A stretch of 64,000 bases of DNA from an uncultured bacterium (GTDB lineage: Bacteria; Cyanobacteriota; Vampirovibrionia; Gastranaerophilales; Gastranaerophilaceae). The position numbers were made by a program, and so were the translations under genes. The DNA lies in the NCBI GenBank assembly GCA_900551965.1, contig URYF01000002.1, positions 810 to 64,809 on the forward strand, read 5' to 3'. Positions 54,963 to 63,175 of the stretch are shown here, piece after piece. The stretch's first letter is position 1; every line of letters begins with the position of its first letter. The notes under the pieces are model-generated. The model made no database searches and was not told the DNA's origin. It was given only the letters and a program-made list of their open reading frames with translations.

Positions 54963-56219
54963 TTAACCTTTTTCAATAGTCCATTTTATCCCGCCAAACT
55001 CGATCTGGTGCGAACCATTTGTAAACGTTACAGAAGCATGGTCTGAGGTTTTACCAGTAGTAAGATGATCATAACGACAATCAGCATGGCTCAACCCTAT
55101 GAGTGAAGCTTGTAATGAAGACATATCCCTTATGGAATAAAAATAAGTCCCATTATTTGAGTTTATAGCACTCCCTAAAGTAGCAGAAGACATAGTACCG
55201 CCTTTTTTTCCATCACACCACAAAACAGTAGGAGGTGGATTTGTCGGCAATGTAACCGGAGCTCCTGTAACTTTTGATTTAACAGAGGTTCCTGAACCTT
55301 TAATATTCGGATTTTGTGGACAACTATCCTGTTTCCAATCTGTCCAGTCACAATCATCTTGACTTGTAGTAGGATAATAGTTAAGGTGAATCAGCAGATC
55401 ATTAGTAGCACAAGCAGTAGATATCGGCTTGAATTCCGGATTATTACAACATTCATCTTTAATTTTTCCGGATAAAGATCCCTTATTATTGTAATATATA
55501 CAGCATTCTTTGCCATAATCTCCAACTTCACATGGATTTTCCGGATCCGGTGTAATATTTGGTTTATCTTCGGTTACAACATTTTCAACAGATTCTTGAT
55601 TCCAACTACCGGGAGTCTTTATTTTTGTACTGGTACTAACCAAAGCTATCATTCCAGGGTCCAATACAATATAATCCCTGCCTTTTACATTAGGACCCTT
55701 TGGTCCATTTATATCTATAACTCCATGAGCAGGGTTTTGACCCATCTGTGGAACTAAACAAATACTTGTTCCGTTCTTTAATTTTGCACAAGCACCTACC
55801 AACTCTCGACTAATGTCAAAATCCTTTTTAGATTTTGTAGCTTCATCATATTCATAATATTCAGAACCAAAACACTCGTTTTGTATTTTAGTTTTATTTG
55901 CACCGGAATACGCTCCATAATATTTGGAAACCTTAAAGTATTTCTTAAAGAATTTACCTACAGTTTCGTCATAGTCCGGAGCTGCGTCTAAAGTGTACAT
56001 CATTGTTTCAGAAAAATCTGATTTATTTTCATTTACAACAAGGACATCCAAAGCTTGCTGTATAGATGAAACTTGCCTCTTTAACTTTTGAGTCAAAACC
56101 TCTTCATTAAAATGGGTAACAACTGCCGGCAATACCAAAGCTGCAATAACCCCGACTACAGCAGTAGCCAAAAGAACCTCTGTTAGTGTAAATCCCTTTT
56201 TACGTAATAGAGAATCCAT
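54963..56219 (-). CDS. large type IV pilin-like protein (prepilin N-terminal methylation motif) with Cys-rich C-terminal domain
   Basis: ATG 56219 gives 'MDSLLRKKG|FTLTEVLLATAVVGVIAALVLPAV', a class III signal with G/F cleavage site and Glu+5. About 418 aa. The C-terminal half has many Cys ('CEVGDYGKECCIYYNN', 'DECCNNPEF', 'DDCDWTDWKQDSCPQ'). Confidence 0.75.
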   Translation of the reverse strand: MDSLLRKKGFTLTEVLLATAVVGVIAALVLPAVVTHFNEEVLTQKLKRQVSSIQQALDVLVVNENKSDFSETMMYTLDAAPDYDETVGKFFKKYFKVSKYYGAYSGANKTKIQNECFGSEYYEYDEATKSKKDFDISRELVGACAKLKNGTSICLVPQMGQNPAHGVIDINGPKGPNVKGRDYIVLDPGMIALVSTSTKIKTPGSWNQESVENVVTEDKPNITPDPENPCEVGDYGKECCIYYNNKGSLSGKIKDECCNNPEFKPISTACATNDLLIHLNYYPTTSQDDCDWTDWKQDSCPQNPNIKGSGTSVKSKVTGAPVTLPTNPPPTVLWCDGKKGGTMSSATLGSAINSNNGTYFYSIRDMSSLQASLIGLSHADCRYDHLTTGKTSDHASVTFTNGSHQIEFGGIKWTIEKG

Positions 56220-56439
56220 ACAATCCCCAGCCTTGCAGATATTTTTTATTTCCACGCGCTATAACTCCTTATATCCTCTTAATCAATACTATAATAATAT
56301 TATAACGTATCTGCCTGAATTTTGCAATAAAATTCCATATCAGATATCAATCTATAGTACAAAATAACAAATTGATATTGAAATCCGAGAAAAAATATGT
56401 TACAATTATGAAGAAATTTGAAAGAAGAGGTTTACAACT

Positions 56440-56769
56440 ATGAGCAAAAACAAAGCATTTATGTTTTCAATGGGCGTAATAGCAGGTGTTGTCGGCGGTA
56501 TCGTTGCTGGTGTACTTTTTGCCCCAAAACCGGGTGAAGAATCAAGAAAAGAGCTTAAAGATACAGTTTGCGACATCTATGACAAACACGCTCCACAAAT
56601 TGCCGATGCTAAAAAACAGGCAATGGAATCCATTGATCTTATGAAATACAAATTAGAAAGACAATTCCGCAAATTAAATAATTCGGTTAAATCTAAAAAA
56701 ATGCAAAAAGCTAAAGAATTAGAAGACTCCGAAAACGGAAATGAAAACGAAAACGAATTTGATTATTAA
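56440..56769 (+). CDS. YtxH-domain protein
   Basis: 'GVIAGVVGGIVAGVLFAPKPGEESRKELKD' followed by a charged helical tail. Confidence 0.75.
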   Translation: MSKNKAFMFSMGVIAGVVGGIVAGVLFAPKPGEESRKELKDTVCDIYDKHAPQIADAKKQAMESIDLMKYKLERQFRKLNNSVKSKKMQKAKELEDSENGNENENEFDY

Positions 56770-56808
56770 TTAATCAACGATTTACTTACTAACTAAAAGG
56801 AATAACAA

Positions 56809-57174
56809 ATGAGTATTGAATTATCACAAATAGTATTAAATAACGGTCTTACATTTTTAGCAATAGTTACCGCAATTGTTTTGGGTACGGTAGGATATTT
56901 CCTGGTAAAATTATTGATGGATTTATCTGTTTTAGCTAAAAATGTTAATGAAACATCTTTAATTCTTAATACAGAGTTAAAACCAACTTTAAAAGAACTA
57001 AATGACACAATGAAATCTATCAATTCTATTATCCAAAGCACTGATGAAGGTGTTGGCAATGTTAAAACCAGCCTTGAAAATGCTATTACCAAAACAAAAG
57101 CATTCTCAGAAAGCCTTCTTGGCGGTTTTATAAAAGGATTTATGACAGTTTTTTCATTAATTAAAAGAAAATAG
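56809..57174 (+). CDS. DUF948-like membrane protein
   Basis: 121 aa. N-terminal TM 'LTFLAIVTAIVLGTVGYFLV' followed by a helical region. Located between two YtxH genes. The antisense ORF was rejected. Confidence 0.5.
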   Translation: MSIELSQIVLNNGLTFLAIVTAIVLGTVGYFLVKLLMDLSVLAKNVNETSLILNTELKPTLKELNDTMKSINSIIQSTDEGVGNVKTSLENAITKTKAFSESLLGGFIKGFMTVFSLIKRK

Positions 57175-57246
57175 AACTTTCAGGCAATGTAATATATTAC
57201 ATTCCTAATTATAATTATACAAGACAATTTTAAAAGGAGAAATAAT

Positions 57247-57561
57247 ATGTCAGTATCAAGATTTATAGCAGGTTTCGTTGTTGGCGGTGCGATTGGCGCT
57301 ATTGCAGGAATTTTGCTTGCACCAAAATCAGGGGAAGAAACCAGAAAATTATTAGCAGATTCAGCTCAAGACATGGCAAGAAGAGCTGACGAAACAGCTA
57401 AGCAAATTCAGGTAAAAGCTGATGATGCAGTTTCAGACCTTCAGAAAAAAGGGGAAGAAATTAAAGAAAAATTACAAGACCTTATCAGCAAACAAAAAGA
57501 AGCTAAATCAGCTAAAACTGAAGAGGCTAGCGAAGAAGAAGATAAAGAAACTGAAGAATAA
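57247..57561 (+). CDS. YtxH-domain protein
   Basis: AAGGAG upstream. 'GFVVGGAIGAIAGILLAPKSGEETRKLL'. Confidence 0.78.
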   Translation: MSVSRFIAGFVVGGAIGAIAGILLAPKSGEETRKLLADSAQDMARRADETAKQIQVKADDAVSDLQKKGEEIKEKLQDLISKQKEAKSAKTEEASEEEDKETEE

Positions 57562-57588
57562 TTTATCTTGCAAAAATTGTATCTAAGG

Positions 57589-57614
57589 AGAGGCCGCGAA
57601 TGCGGTCTCTTTTT
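57589..57614 (+). terminator. rho-independent terminator
   Basis: AGAGGCCGC-gaat-GCGGTCTCT followed by TTTT. Confidence 0.7.
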
Positions 57615-57701
57615 ATATACATGCCAAATGCCTACTTGAAAAATTTTTAATAAGTCGTAAAATTGATATATAAATTGAATATAAAATAGGATTATTATTA
57701 C

Positions 57702-59945
57702 ATGACAAAAACAGAATATTTAAACAAAATTAAAGAGTTCTTTACGTCCTCGAAAACAGTAAAAATCACTTATCTGATAACATTTACTGTTCTACTTACG
57801 GCAATTATTTCATCTCAAAACTTCTTTTTTCAAAGCATTATTGAAAACGGAATAAGTAAAAAAGATATCGTTGCTCAAAAAACCTTGACAGTAGAAGATG
57901 TTAAAAGAACAGAACAACACAGAAGAGAGATTTCCCAAAAGATTGAACCAATCCTGGTTCCTGCAGAAGATGACTTTATTAAATCAAATCTTGACACAAT
58001 ACAAAGTTCTGTTATCCAAATTCGAAAAAAAGAAACCTCTACTAAAGAAAAAATTAACGAATTAAACATCCTATTTGACTTGTCTGACAATCCTAAAAAA
58101 GATTTTATTATAGATTTCTTGCTTCATGTTGATGAACCAAGCCTTAGAGAAGCTTTTGATAAAGCATCTTTATCTTTGATGAACATTTTACAAATCGGGA
58201 TTACTGAAAAAGACTATGAAAAAGATAATATCAAAACACTTATTCAGAATAATCTGGTAACAAATGTTTCAAAAAGACAAATCTCTGTAATAACAGCAAT
58301 GCTTGAACAAGTTATTGTGCCGAATCTTGTTGTGGACGATGCTGCTACTGAAATAGCCAAAATGAATGCTCAAGAATCCGTAAAACCTTATAAAGTAACC
58401 TTCCAAAAAGGTGAAAAAATTGTGTTTGAAGGCGAACCGGTTACAAGATTAAAAAGAGATGCTCTAAGAGAAGCCGGCTATAACGTTTATGAACTCAACT
58501 GGCAAGGAATCTTATCTATATATATTCTGGTATTACTGCTCACAATGATTTTTGTTGCATATCTGAGAGTGTTTGAGAAAAAATTTCTTGAACCTCGCTT
58601 TATGTCACTATCTGCAATACTTATAACATTAACCGGGTTAGCTGCAGTCGTACTTCCTACCGGCTCATCTCCGTATATTCTGCCAATTCCCGGTGTTATA
58701 ATCATCGCGGCTGTTTTTATGAGCCCTCGAATAGCATTTTTATTAACAACTTTGTTATTAATTGTTCTAACTGTCGGAATGCAATATGAATCTCAATTCA
58801 TTATTATATTTACCATACTGTCGTTAATCGGAATGATTATGATTTCGAGAATCCGCTATACAAGAAGATCTGATATGATTAAAGTCGGATTTAACCTTGG
58901 TATTGCAGGCGTTCTAATTATGCTGAGCTTGTACTTTATAGATAAATGCCTAATCGATGTAAGCAACTCCTTAATTTTAAGAAATTGTATCTTTATTTTT
59001 GTTAACGGTATATTAAATTCAATAATTGTATTGGGGGCTTCTCCTCTGTTAGAAAGCACATTCCATATTATTACCCCATACGGACTTGCCGAACTTGGCG
59101 ACCATAACCAGCCGCTTTTAAAAAGACTGCAAATGGAAGCTCCCGGGACCTATCACCATAGTTTGATGGTTTCAACATTATGTGAAGCCGCAGCCGAAGC
59201 AATCGGGGCAAATCCAATACTGGCAAGAGTCGGTGCATTTTACCACGATATAGGAAAACTAAAACGCCCGTTATTCTTTGTCGAAAACCAATCATATTTC
59301 AGCATTGAAAACCCGCATAACAAGCTTAATCCAAGATTAAGTAAAATGGTTATTACAGCACACCCTAAAGACGGAGTTGAAATAGCCAAGAAAAACGGAC
59401 TCCCAAGTATTATCTCAGACTTTATACTTCAACACCACGGTGAAGGTATCGCTAAGTATTTCTATAACCAAGCTGTACAAGAAGAAGGGATTGAAAACGT
59501 AAAAGAAGAACAGTTCCGCTATACCGGTCCAAAACCAAACAGCAAAGAAACAGCAATACTAATGCTGGCTGATGCGGTTGAATCTGCGGTAAGAGCTATG
59601 AAAGGCGCAACAACTGACGAAATCGAAAATATTATAGATAAAATTATTGTAGAAAGACTGAATGATGGTCAGCTTGCTGACAGCCCGCTTACTCTGAAGG
59701 ATTTAAAGGTTATCGCATATACTTTCAGCAGAATCCTAAGAGGTATGCAGCACAATAGAATTAAATATCAAGAAGATATTGCTCAAGAATTTGAAAAAAA
59801 TAAAATAGAAATGCCAAACAAAATTCTTGATGAAGACCTTGAAAAGAAGATTAAAGCTCTTGAAGAATCAAAACTTCCAAATCCTTCCGAGCCTAAAAGC
59901 ACTGAAAACCAAAACTGGTCAAATAATGAGAATAAAGACTTATGA
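57702..59945 (+). CDS. 7TM receptor with intracellular HD/HDIG hydrolase domain (YqfF/7TMR-HD family)
   Basis: 747 aa. Extracellular N-domain, 7 TM block, 'HHSLMVSTLCEAAAEAIGANPILARVGAFYHDIGK', 'HHGEG', 'LADAVESAVR'. Followed by ybeY-dgkA as in the conserved operon. Confidence 0.85.
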   Translation: MTKTEYLNKIKEFFTSSKTVKITYLITFTVLLTAIISSQNFFFQSIIENGISKKDIVAQKTLTVEDVKRTEQHRREISQKIEPILVPAEDDFIKSNLDTIQSSVIQIRKKETSTKEKINELNILFDLSDNPKKDFIIDFLLHVDEPSLREAFDKASLSLMNILQIGITEKDYEKDNIKTLIQNNLVTNVSKRQISVITAMLEQVIVPNLVVDDAATEIAKMNAQESVKPYKVTFQKGEKIVFEGEPVTRLKRDALREAGYNVYELNWQGILSIYILVLLLTMIFVAYLRVFEKKFLEPRFMSLSAILITLTGLAAVVLPTGSSPYILPIPGVIIIAAVFMSPRIAFLLTTLLLIVLTVGMQYESQFIIIFTILSLIGMIMISRIRYTRRSDMIKVGFNLGIAGVLIMLSLYFIDKCLIDVSNSLILRNCIFIFVNGILNSIIVLGASPLLESTFHIITPYGLAELGDHNQPLLKRLQMEAPGTYHHSLMVSTLCEAAAEAIGANPILARVGAFYHDIGKLKRPLFFVENQSYFSIENPHNKLNPRLSKMVITAHPKDGVEIAKKNGLPSIISDFILQHHGEGIAKYFYNQAVQEEGIENVKEEQFRYTGPKPNSKETAILMLADAVESAVRAMKGATTDEIENIIDKIIVERLNDGQLADSPLTLKDLKVIAYTFSRILRGMQHNRIKYQEDIAQEFEKNKIEMPNKILDEDLEKKIKALEESKLPNPSEPKSTENQNWSNNENKDL

Positions 59946-60460
59946 TGGATTTTAACATATTTATAGAAAACGAATACAACCGGTGGGAAATTGATACAGA
60001 TAAATACGTTGACATTGCACAAGAAATCTTCAAATTCTACATGAACTGCCCGCAAATCGCAGATAACTGCTGCCTGCAAGGTTATGAATACAATAAGGTT
60101 TCGTTTGATTTCCTATTATGTGACAGCAAAAAAACTCACAGCATTAACAAAGAATACCGAAACAAGGATTATCCGGCAGATATAATAACATTTGCAGTCT
60201 TTGCAGATTCTGCTGATGAAGAAAAATTTGTATTAGATTTGGAAATTAATTTAGGTGAGATTATAATAGGATTAGATAGGGTAATTGAAGAAGCTTCTAA
60301 AAAAGAAATTACCAAAGAAACAGAGTTAATCTTCCTGATAAGCCACGGTATAATGCACTTGTTAGGATTTGACCACCAAAGCGAAGAAGAGTTTCAATTC
60401 GTAATCGAGTACCAAAAACAAGCACTGGAAAGTATGGGAATTAAGTATGACAAAATATAA
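59942..60460 (+). CDS. ybeY: rRNA maturation endoribonuclease YbeY
   Basis: 'NKEYRNKDYPADIITF', 'HGIMHLLGFDH'. ATGA overlap with the upstream gene. Confidence 0.88.
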   Translation: MMDFNIFIENEYNRWEIDTDKYVDIAQEIFKFYMNCPQIADNCCLQGYEYNKVSFDFLLCDSKKTHSINKEYRNKDYPADIITFAVFADSADEEKFVLDLEINLGEIIIGLDRVIEEASKKEITKETELIFLISHGIMHLLGFDHQSEEEFQFVIEYQKQALESMGIKYDKI

Positions 60461-60827
60461 AAAACAAAATTTTTCAAGTACATTCAGAAATGCCAGAAAA
60501 GGCATGAGATTGACTATTAAAAGCGAACGTAATGTAAGAGTTCACCTTTTTGCCGCAGTACTAGTCTTAATTACAGCAATATGCTTAAATTTTTCAATAA
60601 ATAAAATCTGTATTTTACTGCTCACAATAGCTTTTGTAATATCAGCAGAAATGTTCAACTCTGCAATAGAATTTTCACTTGATGCAATTTTTCATAACAG
60701 GTATTCAAGAATGGTTGGAATGGCAAAAGATATCGCAGCAGGTGCGGTTATGATAGTTACAATAAGTGCCGTAATGATAGGAGTTTTACTTTTTGCCCCT
60801 CCGATTATTGAACTTATTACAAAGTAA
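60447..60827 (+). CDS. dgkA: diacylglycerol/undecaprenol kinase (DgkA family)
   Basis: 'FRNARKGMRLTIKSERNVRVHLFAAVLVL', 'EMFNSAIE', 'MAKDIAAGAV'. 126 aa with three TM. Confidence 0.85.
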   Translation: MTKYKKQNFSSTFRNARKGMRLTIKSERNVRVHLFAAVLVLITAICLNFSINKICILLLTIAFVISAEMFNSAIEFSLDAIFHNRYSRMVGMAKDIAAGAVMIVTISAVMIGVLLFAPPIIELITK

Positions 60828-60840
60828 AATTGACAAATAG

Positions 60841-60876
60841 AAAAGTCCTTACTAAATTAGCAAGGACTTTTTATCT
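60841..60876 (+). terminator. rho-independent terminator
   Basis: AAAAGTCCTT-actaaattagc-AAGGACTTTT followed by T-rich sequence. Confidence 0.7.
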
Positions 60877-60908
60877 TTTACCGAAAAGCTTTTATTGTGT
60901 AACAAGAA

Positions 60909-61112
60909 TTAATTATTACTTAAAACCAAGCGGAAAGCCGCAAGATTTTTTATTGATAACATAGTATGTTTGTTGTGCTGCTCATCAGAAATATTAAAAA
61001 TTCTAATAATACGTTGAATTTCAGCTAAATCTTTGTATGATTCGATTTTGTAAACATTTTCAATCGGGTCTGTGACTACTGACATTATGGTATTTAATTC
61101 TTGTTCTTTCAT
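60909..61112 (-). CDS. hypothetical small protein (67 aa)
   Basis: The ORF has coding-like composition. AGGAAAGAGGA lies upstream on the minus strand. No family recognised. Confidence 0.4.
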   Translation of the reverse strand: MKEQELNTIMSVVTDPIENVYKIESYKDLAEIQRIIRIFNISDEQHNKHTMLSIKNLAAFRLVLSNN

Positions 61113-61227
61113 TACCTGTTATCCTCTTTCCTATATACTCTTATATAAAGTATTTTTTTTGTTGAGAATTGCCTTTTTGGTTTTTATACAGTTAATATTT
61201 CGTAACAAATCAGGAGTAAAATAAAAT

Positions 61228-61485
61228 TTAGACCATTAAATCAATATGTTGAGCCAATGTGTCAGATGTAGAATTCGGGCGCAAAAGACTATATGGGCCA
61301 TCACCATAAATTGCTCTGGAAAAATCTGTATGATGAGAAGTTTTACCCGTAACAATACTTCCGCCTACAGTTTGACCTGTTAATATACGGTATCTGGTCA
61401 TTACTTTTGAGGGGTTTGTATTGTTGAAATCTTCCACTCTGCCTATCGGCATTGTAGTATTTGAGCTTGTGTAAACTTGTACCAT
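61228..61485 (-). CDS. hypothetical small protein (85 aa)
   Basis: ORF only, S/T/G-rich. No family recognised. Confidence 0.4.
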   Translation of the reverse strand: MVQVYTSSNTTMPIGRVEDFNNTNPSKVMTRYRILTGQTVGGSIVTGKTSHHTDFSRAIYGDGPYSLLRPNSTSDTLAQHIDLMV

Positions 61486-61549
61486 AATTTTCGATATCCC
61501 TATTAATATTATAACTTATCTTCTATAAAAATATAACCCCCTAATAAAA

Positions 61550-61714
61550 GGGACTTAAATACCAAACGCCACTAAATGAAAAAACGCACGTCACAACAAG
61601 CGTTAGCAAAGCAGCCCGGAAAATTTTATTCAATCCCAAAATGATACTGGATTGCTTCGAAAATCATAGATTTTCTCGCAATGACGATAATATTGGTAAA
61701 AACATGTATATAAC
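61550..61714 (-). repeat. dispersed intergenic repeat, copy B (inverted), carrying a ~62-nt nested insertion
   Basis: The reverse complement aligns with 19628..19730. An extra block at about 61630-61692 contains the hairpin GGATTGCTTCGAAAATC-ata-GATTTTCTCGCAATGAC. Confidence 0.8.
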
Positions 61715-61721
61715 CACAAAT

Positions 61722-61757
61722 AAAAAGGGGCGGGAAACTTGTTTCCCGCCCCTTTTT
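61722..61757 (-). terminator. rho-independent (bidirectional) terminator after the permease gene
   Basis: AAAAAGGGGCGGGAAAC-tt-GTTTCCCGCCCCTTTTT, a 17-bp perfect stem. Confidence 0.85.
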
Positions 61758-61771
61758 ATTATAATCAGCTC

Positions 61772-63094
61772 CTATCGTAAATATTTGAAATACAGATAGA
61801 AAGAACTTAGCACTAATGAAATTAGGGTAACTAACGCACCATATTTCATAAATCTCATAAATGAAATTTTATAACCTTTTGATGCCGCAGTTTCACTAAC
61901 TAAAACGTTAGCGGCAGCACCAATGATTGTTAAGTTTCCGCCAAGACAAGCACCCAAAGATAGTGCCCACCACAGAGCATGGACATTACCGGTAATCGCA
62001 TTCGGATTGGCAGGGTTAACAAGCTCTGAAATCAACGGTGCCATAGTTGCAGTATATGGAATATTATCAATGATACCAGATAAGATACCTGATGCCCAAA
62101 GAATAATCATTGTTGCAGCTTCCAGACTGCCGTTAGTTAGTACAATTAGCTGGTCGGCAAGGAATTTAATACCACCATTTGCTTCAAATCCACCGATTAT
62201 GATAAATAAACCGATAAAGAAGAAAATGGTTAACCATTCAACATCTCTGTAAATTTCTTTCGGTTTTTCAAATAATAACAAAAATGAAGCTCCTGCAACA
62301 GCAAACACAAATGCTGAAATATGAGTAATATCATGTGTTACAAACCCTAAGATTACCAAACCTAAAGTTATCATAGATCTAATCATCAAGTTTTTATCGG
62401 TAATAGTTTTAGAATTATCAAGGTTAGCGATATGTGCCATCTTTTCAGGAGTAGCTTTTAGACCTTTTCTAAACAAGAATATCAAGGTTGTAATTGAAAT
62501 TAAGAAAATAACAACAACAATCGGGGTTAACTCTTTAACAAAATTCATAAAGCTTAACCCGGCTCTTGTTCCGATAATAATATTTGGCGGATCACCGATA
62601 AGAGTAGCAGTTCCACCGATATTAGAAGCTAAAACTTCTGTGATTAAAAACGGAACAGGATCAGTATCAAACTCTTTTGCAATTACAAAAGTAATCGGCA
62701 TCATAAGAACAACTGTTGTCACGTTATCTAAAAATGCTGATGCAATTGCTGTAAATGCAGCAAGCGCAAACAATACAGTTTTCGGGTGGCCTTTCGTTGC
62801 TCTCAATAAGTTAAGCGCCATCCACTTGAATACACCGCTTCGGCTTGCAATATTTACAATAATCATCATACCGATAAGTAAGAATATTACTTCAAAATCG
62901 ACATACTCAAAAACGCCTTTTACGTTATCTTCTAAATGCAAAGACAACGGAATCAATCCCAATAGCATGGTTAAAGAAGCTCCAACCAATGCTACTACAG
63001 ATTTTTGAATTTTTTCGCTGGCAATGAAAATATAAGCAATTAAAAGTATTGCTCCGGAAATTATCATTCCATGCGAGTGAATAAAATCTAACAT
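61772..63094 (-). CDS. ArsB/NhaD-superfamily (CitMHS/YbiR-like) anion permease
   Basis: 440 aa polytopic protein. 'SAFLDNVTTVVLMMP', 'GGTATLIGDPPNIII', 'GIIDNIPYTATMAP', 'GGNLTIIGAAANV'. Confidence 0.75.
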   Translation of the reverse strand: MLDFIHSHGMIISGAILLIAYIFIASEKIQKSVVALVGASLTMLLGLIPLSLHLEDNVKGVFEYVDFEVIFLLIGMMIIVNIASRSGVFKWMALNLLRATKGHPKTVLFALAAFTAIASAFLDNVTTVVLMMPITFVIAKEFDTDPVPFLITEVLASNIGGTATLIGDPPNIIIGTRAGLSFMNFVKELTPIVVVIFLISITTLIFLFRKGLKATPEKMAHIANLDNSKTITDKNLMIRSMITLGLVILGFVTHDITHISAFVFAVAGASFLLLFEKPKEIYRDVEWLTIFFFIGLFIIIGGFEANGGIKFLADQLIVLTNGSLEAATMIILWASGILSGIIDNIPYTATMAPLISELVNPANPNAITGNVHALWWALSLGACLGGNLTIIGAAANVLVSETAASKGYKISFMRFMKYGALVTLISLVLSSFYLYFKYLR

Positions 63095-63134
63095 CTTCTA
63101 TTTCTCCCTTTATACAAAGTCTATTTTAACATAA

Positions 63135-63163
63135 ACAGGGATAAGTGTTAAACTTATCCCTGT
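63135..63163 (-). terminator. probable terminator after rseP
   Basis: ACAGGGATAAGT-gttaa-ACTTATCCCTGT. Flanks are only moderately T-rich. Confidence 0.55.
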
Positions 63164-63175
63164 CTGATTATTTAT

